64,000 bases of DNA from Acidaminococcaceae bacterium (GCA_017554485.1 JAFZIG010000041.1:7128-71127); one strand, 5' to 3'; positions 19,828-29,831 are shown, counted from the first letter of the stretch. Notes: generated by a model from the letters alone, not told the origin. Made by a program: numbers and translations.

Positions 19828-21428
19828 GATTCCGTTTCCTGACGGACAACCGTCTCTGCCGGGAACGTTATCACAAACCGGGTTCCCACACCAACCTGGG
19901 AGAATACTTCAATCTGCGCCCCATGCATGCGCACAATCTCTTTGGCAATGGCCAGACCCAGTCCTGTACCTTTGGAGGAACTCTGTGCGTGGGATTTATC
20001 TACTTTATAGAAACGTTCAAAGATAAAGGGAATGTCTTCTTCCGGGATTCCAGGCCCGTTATCCACCACGCTCATTTCCACAGACCCGTTTGCCAATATC
20101 TTTGTTTCATAACGGACATAGCTTCCTTCCGGAGAATACTTGATGGCATTGTCGCCCAGCAGCAACACCAGCTGCACAATCTGGTCGCCGTTCCCCAGAA
20201 TCTGCACACTCTCTTCCAACTGTAATTTCAACGTAATCTGTTTTGGTTCAGCCTTCACTTTCAGCTTTTCTGCCACATTGCGGATTATATCCGCCAGAGG
20301 CAGAGGCTCGGTGTCTGCCACGTTCAGCTTATCAGCAGACTGCAGACGGCTGATGTCCAGCAGAGCGCGGACCAGTCGTTCCAGCCGTTTGGTTTCGCTG
20401 CCGATGAGATCGCAGTAGCGACGGTTGGGATCGCTTTCCTCCAGGCTGTCGCTGACAATATCGTTATAACCCCGGATAATCGTAATTGGGGTCCGCAGTT
20501 CATGAGACACATTGGCCACAAAATCACGGCGGATCTTTTCCATACGGGCCAGCTTACCTAAATAATTGCTCAGCTCTGTACTTAAATGATTGATGGCATT
20601 CCCAAGTTCAGCCACTTCATCTTCGCTTTCCACCTCTACCCTGCGGGAATAATTTCCTTTCGCAATGGCAATAGTTGCATCTTTCATGGAAACCAGCGGC
20701 TTGACAATCTGCCGGGAAAGGCTCCGCACCATAAACAGACTGAGCAGCAATGCCAAAATACCCACAATGATGGTAAAAACATAGACATTGCGCAAAAAAC
20801 CGCCGAAACCGCTGAGAGGTTCCGCCATCAAAATAGCGCCCCGGGGGTGAACTCCGTCACCGTAGGGCACGCCTACTAATATAACCTGCTGCTTAAAATA
20901 AGGGTGGTAAACCTGGGAGCGCACGCTCTCACCCCGGTAAATATCTTTAAGTATTTTATTTACATTGCGGGAAACCTGTCCGCTCTTGATCTCTTCAGCC
21001 AGACGTGTAGTATATTCGTAAACAGGAATACGGTCCGCAGGAACAGAAACGTCCGGCTTGTCTGTTCCAACTTTTCCGGCACTGCCTGCATAGGTCTTAC
21101 CGGCATTGTCCACATCCGCCGCAATGTTAGAAGCCGCCAGGAGATTATAATCGTCGTCGAACAGCCAGATACGGGCGCCCACCAGCCGGTCTACGGCGAT
21201 CAGGTATCGCATCAGCATATACCTATTGTTATCTTTGGTAACAAAGTATTCCACGGTAGCTGCCATCTCATGACCTTTCTGGGCCAGTTCGTCTTCTTTA
21301 ATTTTAAAAAAGTAATCCGCAATTAAATAGGAAGTACCGGCTGTGATGCCGACCACCACAATAAAAATGATAGCCATAAAGCTGTACATCAGCCGGGTAC
21401 TCAAAGATTTATTCACACTGCACCTCAA
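19824..21428 (-). CDS. membrane sensor histidine kinase (2 TM, HAMP, HisKA, HATPase)
   Basis: ANVSHELRTP, DNAIKYS, DNGPGI, GTGLGLAI. Confidence 0.95.
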   Translation of the reverse strand: MRCSVNKSLSTRLMYSFMAIIFIVVVGITAGTSYLIADYFFKIKEDELAQKGHEMAATVEYFVTKDNNRYMLMRYLIAVDRLVGARIWLFDDDYNLLAASNIAADVDNAGKTYAGSAGKVGTDKPDVSVPADRIPVYEYTTRLAEEIKSGQVSRNVNKILKDIYRGESVRSQVYHPYFKQQVILVGVPYGDGVHPRGAILMAEPLSGFGGFLRNVYVFTIIVGILALLLSLFMVRSLSRQIVKPLVSMKDATIAIAKGNYSRRVEVESEDEVAELGNAINHLSTELSNYLGKLARMEKIRRDFVANVSHELRTPITIIRGYNDIVSDSLEESDPNRRYCDLIGSETKRLERLVRALLDISRLQSADKLNVADTEPLPLADIIRNVAEKLKVKAEPKQITLKLQLEESVQILGNGDQIVQLVLLLGDNAIKYSPEGSYVRYETKILANGSVEMSVVDNGPGIPEEDIPFIFERFYKVDKSHAQSSSKGTGLGLAIAKEIVRMHGAQIEVFSQVGVGTRFVITFPAETVVRQETES

Positions 21429-21431
21429 AAA

Positions 21432-22145
21432 TTACGTATTGGCAGGCTCAACAGATTTCCTTTTTAGCTCAAATTTGTATCCGACTCCCCAAACAGTTTC
21501 AATATCCCAGGAAGAATCTTTTGGAATAGCCAGCTTCTGTCGGATGCGTTTGATATGGGTGTCAACCGTACGGGTATCTCCAAAATACGTGTAACCCCAA
21601 ATGGATTCCAATAACTGGTTACGGGAGAACACCTTACCAGGCGCGCAAGCCAGATAATACAGCAGTTCAAATTCCTTCGTTGTAAAGGTGACCGGTTTTC
21701 CTCCGGCAGTGACCTGCATCCTTTCTCTGTCAATGGATAATCCATCGTACTCTATCTTCCGCTTATCACTCAGCTTTTGGAAACCGCTGGCGCGACGCAG
21801 CACCGCCTTCACGCGCGCCACCACTTCACGGGGGTTAAAGGGTTTGGTAATATAATCGTCAGCGCCCTTTTCCAGTCCCAGGATACGGTCGTCGTCCTCG
21901 TCCTTGGCTGTCAGCATAATAATGGGAAGATCATACCGGCGGCGTATTTCTTCGCAGGCCTTGATACCGTCCAGCACCGGCATCATGATATCCAGCAGCA
22001 CCAGATCCGGTTTTTCTTTTTCAATCATAGACAGGGCCTGCTGTCCGTCTTCCGCTTCCACAACCTTAAAACTTTCCTTGTCAAAATAAACTTTCAGAAT
22101 CTCCCTGATCTGCGGTTCATCATCCGCAATTAAAATTTTAGACAT
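21432..22145 (-). CDS. OmpR/PhoB-family response regulator (start revised to 22145)
   Basis: ILIADDE, LLDIMMP, MLTAK, GADDYITKPF, RTVDTHIKRIRQKL, ETVWGVGYKF; GGAG RBS. Confidence 0.95.
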   Translation of the reverse strand: MSKILIADDEPQIREILKVYFDKESFKVVEAEDGQQALSMIEKEKPDLVLLDIMMPVLDGIKACEEIRRRYDLPIIMLTAKDEDDDRILGLEKGADDYITKPFNPREVVARVKAVLRRASGFQKLSDKRKIEYDGLSIDRERMQVTAGGKPVTFTTKEFELLYYLACAPGKVFSRNQLLESIWGYTYFGDTRTVDTHIKRIRQKLAIPKDSSWDIETVWGVGYKFELKRKSVEPANT

Positions 22146-22283
22146 AACTATCTCCTTTACTCTGTTCATCAGATAAATACATCCTTAACTGCAAACATAT
22201 AAACATGTAATACTATCAACCTTGCTATTCAATAGCTATTATACAATATAAAAGCCCCGGAAAACAGAGCCAACCGTTTCATC

Positions 22284-22334
22284 TCACAAAAGATTTACAA
22301 AAATGACGAAAAACAGTCACAGATAAAATACAAA
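22284..22334 (-). promoter_or_regulatory. four direct repeats in 11-bp phase upstream of the response regulator
   Basis: Minus-strand heptamers TTTGTAT, TCTGTGA, TTTGTAA, TTTGTGA (plus-strand starts 22328, 22317, 22295, 22284). Confidence 0.55.
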
Positions 22335-22391
22335 ACAGGCAAACCAAAATGGCCTGCCTGTTGAAAACTGTAATTATTCTTCCATAACTAA

Positions 22392-23063
22392 TTAATTATA
22401 CACCCTTCCGGCACCCAAATATCTGGCGCCCCAATAGCCGGTGAAAACTTCAGCAACGGAAATGCCTTTACTGCAGGATGCATGAATAAATTTGCCATCG
22501 CCAACATAGATACCGACATGGGAAGGCCCGGGGCAATACGTTTCGAAAAATACCAGATCGCCTGTCCGCAGGTTTCCTCTGGGAATATGGGTAATGGCAT
22601 CATACTGGGTATCCACCATTCGCGGCAGGGAAATACCTGCCTTGCCAAATACGTAGCATACAAAACCGGAGCAGTCAAAACCGCCCGGAGACATGCCGCC
22701 AAACATATAAGGAACACCAAGCATACTGTACGCAGCCTTCAAAATGGTCCGGGTCATCATATGATTCCCGTAACGGTCGGGAGGCATGTCCTTGTTCATC
22801 AGGTTGCGGTACGTAGCATCATTTACGATACCGTCAGCTTTTAAACCTTTGGCAGTCTGGAAATCCTTTACTGCTTTTTCCGTAGCCGGACCGAATACAC
22901 CGTCAACTTCTCCAACTTTATACTGAAGAACAACTAACTGTTTCTGGATTTCAATAACTTCCGTACCGCGATCACCTACCGCAAAATCAGCGAAAGCTGT
23001 TGAAAAAGAAAAACAGGATAACGTAGCAGCAACAACAAACGTAGCCAGCTTTTTAAAGTACAT
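22392..23063 (-). CDS. NlpC/P60 cell-wall peptidase with PG-binding domain and signal peptide
   Basis: VDGVFGPATEKAVKDFQ PG_binding_1; LGVPYMFGG..GFDCSG, GDLVFF, HVGIYVG, FIHA. Confidence 0.93.
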   Translation of the reverse strand: MYFKKLATFVVAATLSCFSFSTAFADFAVGDRGTEVIEIQKQLVVLQYKVGEVDGVFGPATEKAVKDFQTAKGLKADGIVNDATYRNLMNKDMPPDRYGNHMMTRTILKAAYSMLGVPYMFGGMSPGGFDCSGFVCYVFGKAGISLPRMVDTQYDAITHIPRGNLRTGDLVFFETYCPGPSHVGIYVGDGKFIHASCSKGISVAEVFTGYWGARYLGAGRVYN

Positions 23064-23364
23064 TTAGAAAACACCTCTCAGATTTTTGTTCTGCAAATTT
23101 CTGAGATACATAAAAAAACATGTAAAAGCAACGAAACCATTACTGCAATTTTATATAAATCTCCAAAAATTAATTATTACAGTATATATTATAACACATT
23201 TTTGACATAAGTTTGTGAACTTTCCAGTCAGGAAAAATGTGTTTCGGTAGAAAGGTGTCTGTTTGATGTCAGTTTGCGCATCTGATAACCATGCGTGTTT
23301 TCATTGATTCCGGAAATTATTTTTTCTTTTTACGCGAAATTCCATACGATTCAATTTGTGAACT

Positions 23365-26300
23365 TTATTTAAAATACCTCACACCGCTTTCAAAGATATG
23401 CTGGTCCTTTTCCCCGTAAATGTTCTGCATCAGTCCGGAAATATAACGTTCGCTGTGACCCATCTTACCCAGGATCCGTCCGTCCGGACTGGTAATGCCT
23501 TCGATTCCGTACAGGGAACCATTGGGGTTCTCCGGGCTGGACATGGTGGGATTACCGTTGATGTCCACGTACTGGGTGGCCACCTGTCCGTTTTTAAACA
23601 GTTCACGGATCGTATCTGCCGGGGCGTAGAACCGGCCTTCACCGTGGGATACCGCAATGGCATGTACATCTCCGGGTTTTACCATGTTCAGCCAGGGTGA
23701 TTTATTGGAAGTGATCCGGGTGTAAACCATCTGGGAAACGTGCCGGCCGATAGTATTGAAGGTCAGCGTAGGAGAATTCGCTTCGAGAGGACGAATTTCG
23801 CCATAGGGAACCAACCCTAATTTAATCAGTGCCTGGAAGCCGTTGCAGATGCCCAGCATCAACCCGTCGCGATTCTGCAGCAGGTCATTGACCGCTTCCG
23901 CGATCCGCGGGTTCCGGAACATGGTTGCGATAAACTTACCGCTGCCGTCCGGTTCGTCCCCGGCGCTGAAGCCGCCCGGCAGCATGATGATCTGGGATTC
24001 CTTAATCCCCTTCACCATTGCCTGAATGGTCTCTTCAATAGCTTGTGCAGTCAGATTCCGGATCACGAAAACATCGCTATCGGCCCCTGCCAGATCAAAG
24101 GCCCGGGCTGTATCGTATTCGCAGTTCTGTCCCGGGAATACCGGAATGAACACTTTCGGTCTGGCAATATTTACCGGGGCCGTTAAGGGCAGTTCCCGTT
24201 TATACAAGGGCTGCTCCAGCAAATCCTCTGGAGTTTCAGACACCGGTGCTTTGGCCGGGAAAATAGGCTCCAGCGTTTCTGTATAGGCTTTCACCAATTC
24301 GCTGTTGGTCAGCGTTACGTCATTGACCGCAATCTCTGCTTTTTCCGTCACAGTGCCCAGCGGCAGATAATCCAGCTCGCCGAACAACGCGTCCATATCT
24401 GAGTCGCCCGACACTTCCAGCAGCATGCCGCCCGGCTGCAGGGTAAACAGACTTTCTGTATGGGGGAACGGCTTTATAAAGGAAAAGCCCAGTGCATTGC
24501 CCAGGGTCATCTTCGTGATACCCGCGGCAATGCCGCCTTCTTCTATGGCAGCGGCAGCCTTGACCTTTCCGTCAAGGATCAGTTGATGCACCCTGCGCAG
24601 ATTTTTCCGCAGAGCGGCAAAATCCAGCACGTCCCCTTCCAGCAGCGGCGTACTCAGGAATATGACTTTATCCCCCGCCGTTTTAAACTCACTGGAAACG
24701 GCTTTGCGCCCATCGATCACATTTACGGCAAAAGATACGAGAGTGGGAGGTACGTGCAGGTCCATAAAGCTGCCGGACATGCTGTCCTTACCGCCTACCG
24801 CCGGAACTTCCATGCTGTTCAGTACGGTGTTGGCACCTAACAGGGCGGCAAATGGCAGGCCCCAGTCTTCTTTGGCTTTCATGCCCTGGAAATATTCCTG
24901 CAACGTCAGGCGGATCGTATCGGGATCTGCTCCTAACGCAACGGCTTTTACCAACGACTGCGTTACAGCGTACATGGCGCCGTGGAAAGGACTCCAGCAG
25001 GCCACTTCCGGATTGTATCCGTGAGTCATAAGAGACGCAGCGTCGGTGTGTCCGTGCAATACGGGGATCTGGGCTACCATACCTTCAGCAGGTGTCAGCT
25101 GCAGTTTCCCGCCAAAGGGCATTTCCACCGTGGCACGGCCAATGGTGGAGTCGAAGCGTTCGCTTAAGCCTTTTTCACTGCAGACATTCAGCCTTCCCAG
25201 ATTTTTCAGCCAAGCTTCTTTCAAATCAGCAGCCTTTGCTACAACGTCCGGCGTCTTATCAAAAACAGATTCACCTGTTATATCTTTTACCAGCACTTCC
25301 GCATGCTGTGCCACGCCGTTGGTGTCCAGGAATTTGCGGGAAATATCCACGATTTTATCGCCCCGCCAGTACATGACCAGCCGGGGTTCCGCCGTAACCT
25401 CCGCCACAACGGTGGCTTCCAGGTTTTCTTCATCCGCAAAGGCCGCGAATTTTTCCCAGTCCTCTTTGGCGATGACCACGGCCATCCGTTCCTGGGATTC
25501 GGAAATGGCCAGCTCCGTCCCGTCCAGGCCCGCATACTTTTTCGTCACCTTGTCAAGATTAACCTTCAGACCTTCCGCCAGTTCGCCGATAGCCACGGAA
25601 ACGCCGCCGGCGCCGAAGTCGTTGCAGCGTTTGATCAGGACCGTAACTTCCGGGTTGCGGAACAGCCGTTGGATCTTCCGTTCTGTAGGAGGATTACCCT
25701 TCTGTACTTCCGCGCCGCAGGTGGCCAGTGAATCCACCGTGTGTTCTTTGGAAGAACCGGTAGCCCCGCCGATGCCGTCACGTCCGGTGCGCCCGCCCAG
25801 CAGTACGATGATATCCCCTGCCGCGGGACGCTTGCGGATGACCGCGCTTTTGGGAGCCGCGCCCATGACCGCGCCGATCTCCATACGCTTGGCTACAAAA
25901 CGGTCATGATAGTACTCCTGCACCTGCCCGGTGGCCAGACCGATCTGGTTCCCGTAAGAGGAATAACCTGCCGCCGCGCCGATGGTCAGCTTGCGCTGGG
26001 GCAGCTTGCCCGCCAGGGTTTTTTCAATAGGCGTACGGGGATCCCCTGCCCCGGTGATGCGCATGGCCTGATACACATAAGCACGGCCGGACAGCGGATC
26101 TCGGATGGCGCCCCCCAGACAGGTAGCCGCGCCACCGAAGGGTTCTATTTCAGTTGGATGGTTATGGGTCTCGTTCTTGAACATCACCAGCCAGTCTTCC
26201 TTTTTACCGCCCACTTCAATGGGTACGACAATGGAGCAGGCATTGATTTCCTCAGAGTCGTCGTTATCCGGGAATTTGTTTTCTTTCTTTAACTTTTTCG

Positions 26301-27144
26301 TGGCAATGCAGGCCATATCCATCAGGGTTATGGGACGGTCTGTATTTTTCCCATAGACCTTATCACGGATGGCCAGATACTGTTTAAAAGCGTCTTCAAT
26401 GGGTTTTGTATAATATCCGGGTTCAATCTCGATCTTGTCCAGATTGGTCATAAACGTGGTATGGCGGCAGTGGTCGGACCAATAGGTGTCCAGCACACGG
26501 ATTTCCGTAATGGTAGGAACACGTTTTTCTTCCTCTTTGAAATACTTCTGGATCCAAAGCAGGTCTTCCACGCTCATGGCCAGGCCCAGTTCTTTCTGCA
26601 TAGCGGCAATTTCCGCTTCAGAACGTTCCAAAAAGCCCTCCAGCCGTTCCACGTCCGCCGGTTCTTCCCAGGTGTCCTCCAGCGTCTCCGGTTTTTCCAG
26701 CGCCGCTTCCCGGGCTTCGATAGGATTCACCAGGTATTTTTTTACTTTTTCAAATTCAGCATCGGTCAGGTTCCCCTTCAGCACATATACCTTGGCAGCG
26801 GCAACCAGCGGTTTTTCCTTTTGGGTGATCAGCTGGATGCACTGGGCCGCAAAATCTTCCCGCTGGTCATATTGGCCGGGCAGCAATTCTATCGCAAACA
26901 TTTTCTCATCCGCTGCGGGAACCAGTTCTTCCATAACCGTATCCACAGGCGGTTCAGACAAAACCAGCTGCAGCGCCTGATCAAATTCATCTTTTGATAG
27001 GCCCATCACATCATACCGGGCCAGTATGCGGACCTTTTCCAGTCCGTCCATCAGCAGGTTGTTTTTCAAGTCTGCCAGCAGGCCTTTCGCTTCTATGGCA
27101 AACGCATCCTTCTTCTCTACATAAATTCGTCTGATGTCGCTCAT
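23365..27144 (-). CDS. purL: phosphoribosylformylglycinamidine synthase, single-chain (synthetase + glutaminase)
   Basis: YWSDHCRH, ETHNHPT, GGAIRD, DFGAGG, GGFSAGD, LGICNGFQ, SHGEG, MGHSER. Confidence 0.96.
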   Translation of the reverse strand: MSDIRRIYVEKKDAFAIEAKGLLADLKNNLLMDGLEKVRILARYDVMGLSKDEFDQALQLVLSEPPVDTVMEELVPAADEKMFAIELLPGQYDQREDFAAQCIQLITQKEKPLVAAAKVYVLKGNLTDAEFEKVKKYLVNPIEAREAALEKPETLEDTWEEPADVERLEGFLERSEAEIAAMQKELGLAMSVEDLLWIQKYFKEEEKRVPTITEIRVLDTYWSDHCRHTTFMTNLDKIEIEPGYYTKPIEDAFKQYLAIRDKVYGKNTDRPITLMDMACIATKKLKKENKFPDNDDSEEINACSIVVPIEVGGKKEDWLVMFKNETHNHPTEIEPFGGAATCLGGAIRDPLSGRAYVYQAMRITGAGDPRTPIEKTLAGKLPQRKLTIGAAAGYSSYGNQIGLATGQVQEYYHDRFVAKRMEIGAVMGAAPKSAVIRKRPAAGDIIVLLGGRTGRDGIGGATGSSKEHTVDSLATCGAEVQKGNPPTERKIQRLFRNPEVTVLIKRCNDFGAGGVSVAIGELAEGLKVNLDKVTKKYAGLDGTELAISESQERMAVVIAKEDWEKFAAFADEENLEATVVAEVTAEPRLVMYWRGDKIVDISRKFLDTNGVAQHAEVLVKDITGESVFDKTPDVVAKAADLKEAWLKNLGRLNVCSEKGLSERFDSTIGRATVEMPFGGKLQLTPAEGMVAQIPVLHGHTDAASLMTHGYNPEVACWSPFHGAMYAVTQSLVKAVALGADPDTIRLTLQEYFQGMKAKEDWGLPFAALLGANTVLNSMEVPAVGGKDSMSGSFMDLHVPPTLVSFAVNVIDGRKAVSSEFKTAGDKVIFLSTPLLEGDVLDFAALRKNLRRVHQLILDGKVKAAAAIEEGGIAAGITKMTLGNALGFSFIKPFPHTESLFTLQPGGMLLEVSGDSDMDALFGELDYLPLGTVTEKAEIAVNDVTLTNSELVKAYTETLEPIFPAKAPVSETPEDLLEQPLYKRELPLTAPVNIARPKVFIPVFPGQNCEYDTARAFDLAGADSDVFVIRNLTAQAIEETIQAMVKGIKESQIIMLPGGFSAGDEPDGSGKFIATMFRNPRIAEAVNDLLQNRDGLMLGICNGFQALIKLGLVPYGEIRPLEANSPTLTFNTIGRHVSQMVYTRITSNKSPWLNMVKPGDVHAIAVSHGEGRFYAPADTIRELFKNGQVATQYVDINGNPTMSSPENPNGSLYGIEGITSPDGRILGKMGHSERYISGLMQNIYGEKDQHIFESGVRYFK

Positions 27145-27180
27145 GTTTTGGCCTCCATGAATAGAAAAGTGTAATATGGA

Positions 27181-28371
27181 TCAATAATACTCATTAATAT
27201 AATTCAAGCATTTGGGAAACAATGCGTCAAGGAACGAAAGCAATTCGGGCGTATAGGATCGCATCCTGATCTTACCGGCCTCTACCAGCTGGCTAAAGGT
27301 GAACGCGCCGAAATAAAGCTGGGTAAAAGCTCCCATGGTGATCACCGCGTCCGCATTGCCTGCTGCCTTCGCCAGATACAGGCTGCCGGTATCAACCGAA
27401 AGAGTTACAAGGCTGTTATTCTCTTCCAGAAGCTCGTCCTGCAGCAGCAGGGTAACCTGCCCGTCCAGGCAGTTCTCCGGTAATTCATAACGTCGCAGCG
27501 CCTGCACCGCGTCGAAGCAGCGCGCCATCATGAACGGTTTCACCCGTCCCGCCCGGTCCGCATCCGGGAAATCAAGCCAGGTCAGGTCGTCCTCCATGGC
27601 TTCCCAGTACAGCTTATCCGCCGCTGACCGGTGTTCGGCCGCATATCGCAGCAACGCCCATTTTGCATCCGGTGTCAATGCCACCAGTTCCTGAATATAA
27701 AATGTTTTATCCTCCGTAATCTGATAAAACATGTAACCCCGGGGCTCACTGCCGTGATATACAACAGCCGCCTGCACCTTTTCCATTTGGTGCACGGCCA
27801 GCAGTTTTCGCCACTGGAAGTCCGTGCGGATGGGCAGTCCGTTATACCCCTCTGCCAGCGCCGCGTACAGACCTTCAAACAGTTCACTGTCATAAGAACT
27901 GTAATGCCTGATCCACAGCTTCCCAGAAGGAACCGGCACAACAAGCTTTTCTATGGGAATCTCATATACGTGCTTGCAATAGCAAAACGCGAAATCGTAT
28001 TTTTGGTAAATACCGGCATAAGCAGGCATCAAAAGGGCAAAAGCGCATTCTTTTCTCCGCAACACACGGAATGCAGACTGCAGCAGTTCTTTTGTCAGGT
28101 TCTGTCCCCGGTCTGCCGGATCTGTTGCAACGCCCACAATATAGGGAACGCGTTCCTCCTGTCCCCGCAGCAAAATCCCGTACGGATTAAGATGCAGCAT
28201 GTTCTGCAGATGCCCGTCCTCTTCTGAAAAGCCGCCCAATACCAGGTTATGCTGCAGACAGTATTCCTGAAAGTACCATTGGAAGAAAGGATCTTCCTGT
28301 TTCTCAAAGCAGTAGTCCCAGAGTGCCATGACCTGGGGCAGCTCTGCCTCTGTTACAATTTTACAATTCAT
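27181..28371 (-). CDS. Eis-like GNAT acetyltransferase with C-terminal SCP2-like domain (start revised to 28371)
   Basis: YIVGVATDPADRGQNL, LLMPAYAGIYQKYDFA, C-terminal AFTQLYFG. Confidence 0.8.
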   Translation of the reverse strand: MNCKIVTEAELPQVMALWDYCFEKQEDPFFQWYFQEYCLQHNLVLGGFSEEDGHLQNMLHLNPYGILLRGQEERVPYIVGVATDPADRGQNLTKELLQSAFRVLRRKECAFALLMPAYAGIYQKYDFAFCYCKHVYEIPIEKLVVPVPSGKLWIRHYSSYDSELFEGLYAALAEGYNGLPIRTDFQWRKLLAVHQMEKVQAAVVYHGSEPRGYMFYQITEDKTFYIQELVALTPDAKWALLRYAAEHRSAADKLYWEAMEDDLTWLDFPDADRAGRVKPFMMARCFDAVQALRRYELPENCLDGQVTLLLQDELLEENNSLVTLSVDTGSLYLAKAAGNADAVITMGAFTQLYFGAFTFSQLVEAGKIRMRSYTPELLSFLDALFPKCLNYINEYY

Positions 28372-28429
28372 AGATTCCCCAAATAATCTCCTGCTTTTTC
28401 TCTTATTTCCGATTTCCGGCAAACTTCAG

Positions 28430-29344
28430 TTATTTTACAAGCAGACTGTATTTTTTCACCATGAACACAGGGTGCAGCGCTTCTTTCGCCTTACGCAACC
28501 CTTCATGCCCCATGTCTTCTTCCCGGTTGAGATATTTCATATCCGGCCATACATACTTAGCGCACTCAGTCTGGATAGCAGCATACAGGCCGCGGATTTC
28601 GGGATTGGCCTTTTCTACATTCTCATCACAGACCTCTCCGTTGATAGTCTTGCCAAAACCGAAAGCTTCAATCTTTCCGTTCACACGGATGGCCCCGCCC
28701 CGTAATCCCAGGGCCTCAAAATTCACAAAGGCTTCCTGCAATGCGCGAATCTCCCAGAAGATGCTGGGGTCAGTATCCATCCGGGCTTTACACCACTCTT
28801 CACCAAAATACAGGCATTCGGCGAAATTTTCCGGATTGATCATTTCAAATACGTAATCCGGGTTCTCCCGTTTAAAAGTATTGTAATGGTTTTTCTGACC
28901 ATGGTAACGGCGGCCTCTCAGAGTCGCCAGGTCCTCCTGCAGATACACATAATCCCAACTGTCGCGGTTTTCCACGAACTCTTCCCCGCCTTTCAGGCAG
29001 CTCAGACGTTGCAGGGAGCATTCATAGATGCCGCGAAATTCAAAAGAGCCCCCTTCCGCTTCTTTGATTTCCTTTGCCAGAAGAGGCAGGTCTTCGTCTT
29101 TGCCGCCGAAAGGCTGCAGATAAAAAACATCATCTTCCAACTGCACCTTGATCAGCAGGAAGCCGAATTTTTCTGTCCACCATGTGCGGTAATAATCCCG
29201 CCAGATATACAAGTTTGTAAATGCGCATTCCGAGCCGAAATGTTCCGGCTTATTCAGATACGATTCAAACAGGGCGCGGTCATTGACCGCGACTTCTTTA
29301 AATTCTAAAATGGAAATACCCCTCCCCGGATAAAGAAAACCCAA
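28430..29344 (-). CDS. DUF2156 (phosphatidylglycerol lysyltransferase C-terminal-like) protein; start uncertain
   Basis: SECAFTNLYIW, DYVY..DLATLRG, NVEKAN, YLNREEDMGHEGLRKAKE. Confidence 0.85.
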   Translation of the reverse strand: MGFLYPGRGISILEFKEVAVNDRALFESYLNKPEHFGSECAFTNLYIWRDYYRTWWTEKFGFLLIKVQLEDDVFYLQPFGGKDEDLPLLAKEIKEAEGGSFEFRGIYECSLQRLSCLKGGEEFVENRDSWDYVYLQEDLATLRGRRYHGQKNHYNTFKRENPDYVFEMINPENFAECLYFGEEWCKARMDTDPSIFWEIRALQEAFVNFEALGLRGGAIRVNGKIEAFGFGKTINGEVCDENVEKANPEIRGLYAAIQTECAKYVWPDMKYLNREEDMGHEGLRKAKEALHPVFMVKKYSLLVK

Positions 29345-29462
29345 TAACTAATTATAAAGACACTCAATAACAAGAAATCCATTAAATTAACAAAACTAAA
29401 ACTGTAACCCACTGTATTTAATTTATTATTATATCATATTTCTATTCAACATTAAACTAAAA

Positions 29463-29489
29463 AACCGACTGCCTGTTAAACAGTCGGTT
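29463..29489 (-). terminator. terminator after the zinc-ribbon gene
   Basis: AACCGACTG/CAGTCGGTT stem followed by a T tract on the minus strand. Confidence 0.75.
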
Positions 29490-29537
29490 ATGGATTCTAT
29501 GGGTCTCTTAACGTGCTGTCAAAAGATTTGTATCATA

Positions 29538-29831
29538 TTATTCGTGATTATGACCTGCTTTGCGTTTGTTAAAGCAATCAAAACAATAAACCGGGCGGTC
29601 TTCAGAAGGACGGAACGGGACTTCCGTTTCCTTGCCGCAGTCAGCACAAACTGCCTTGAACATTTCCCGCGGCTGGGTCCCGTTCATACGGGCTTTACGG
29701 GCAGCACGGCAGGCAGAGCAGCGTTTCGGTTCATTAGTAAAACCTTTTTCTGCATAAAATTCCTGCTCAGACGCGGAAAACACAAATTCATTACCGCATT
29801 CAACGCATTTCAGGGTCTTGTCTTCAAACAT
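29538..29831 (-). CDS. zinc-ribbon / CxxC-x17-CxxC domain protein (start revised to 29831)
   Basis: DKTLKCVECG.EFVFSASEQEFY.EKGF.NEPKRCSACR and CADCG...VPF.P..DRPVYCFDC; AAGGAG RBS. Confidence 0.92.
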   Translation of the reverse strand: MFEDKTLKCVECGNEFVFSASEQEFYAEKGFTNEPKRCSACRAARKARMNGTQPREMFKAVCADCGKETEVPFRPSEDRPVYCFDCFNKRKAGHNHE

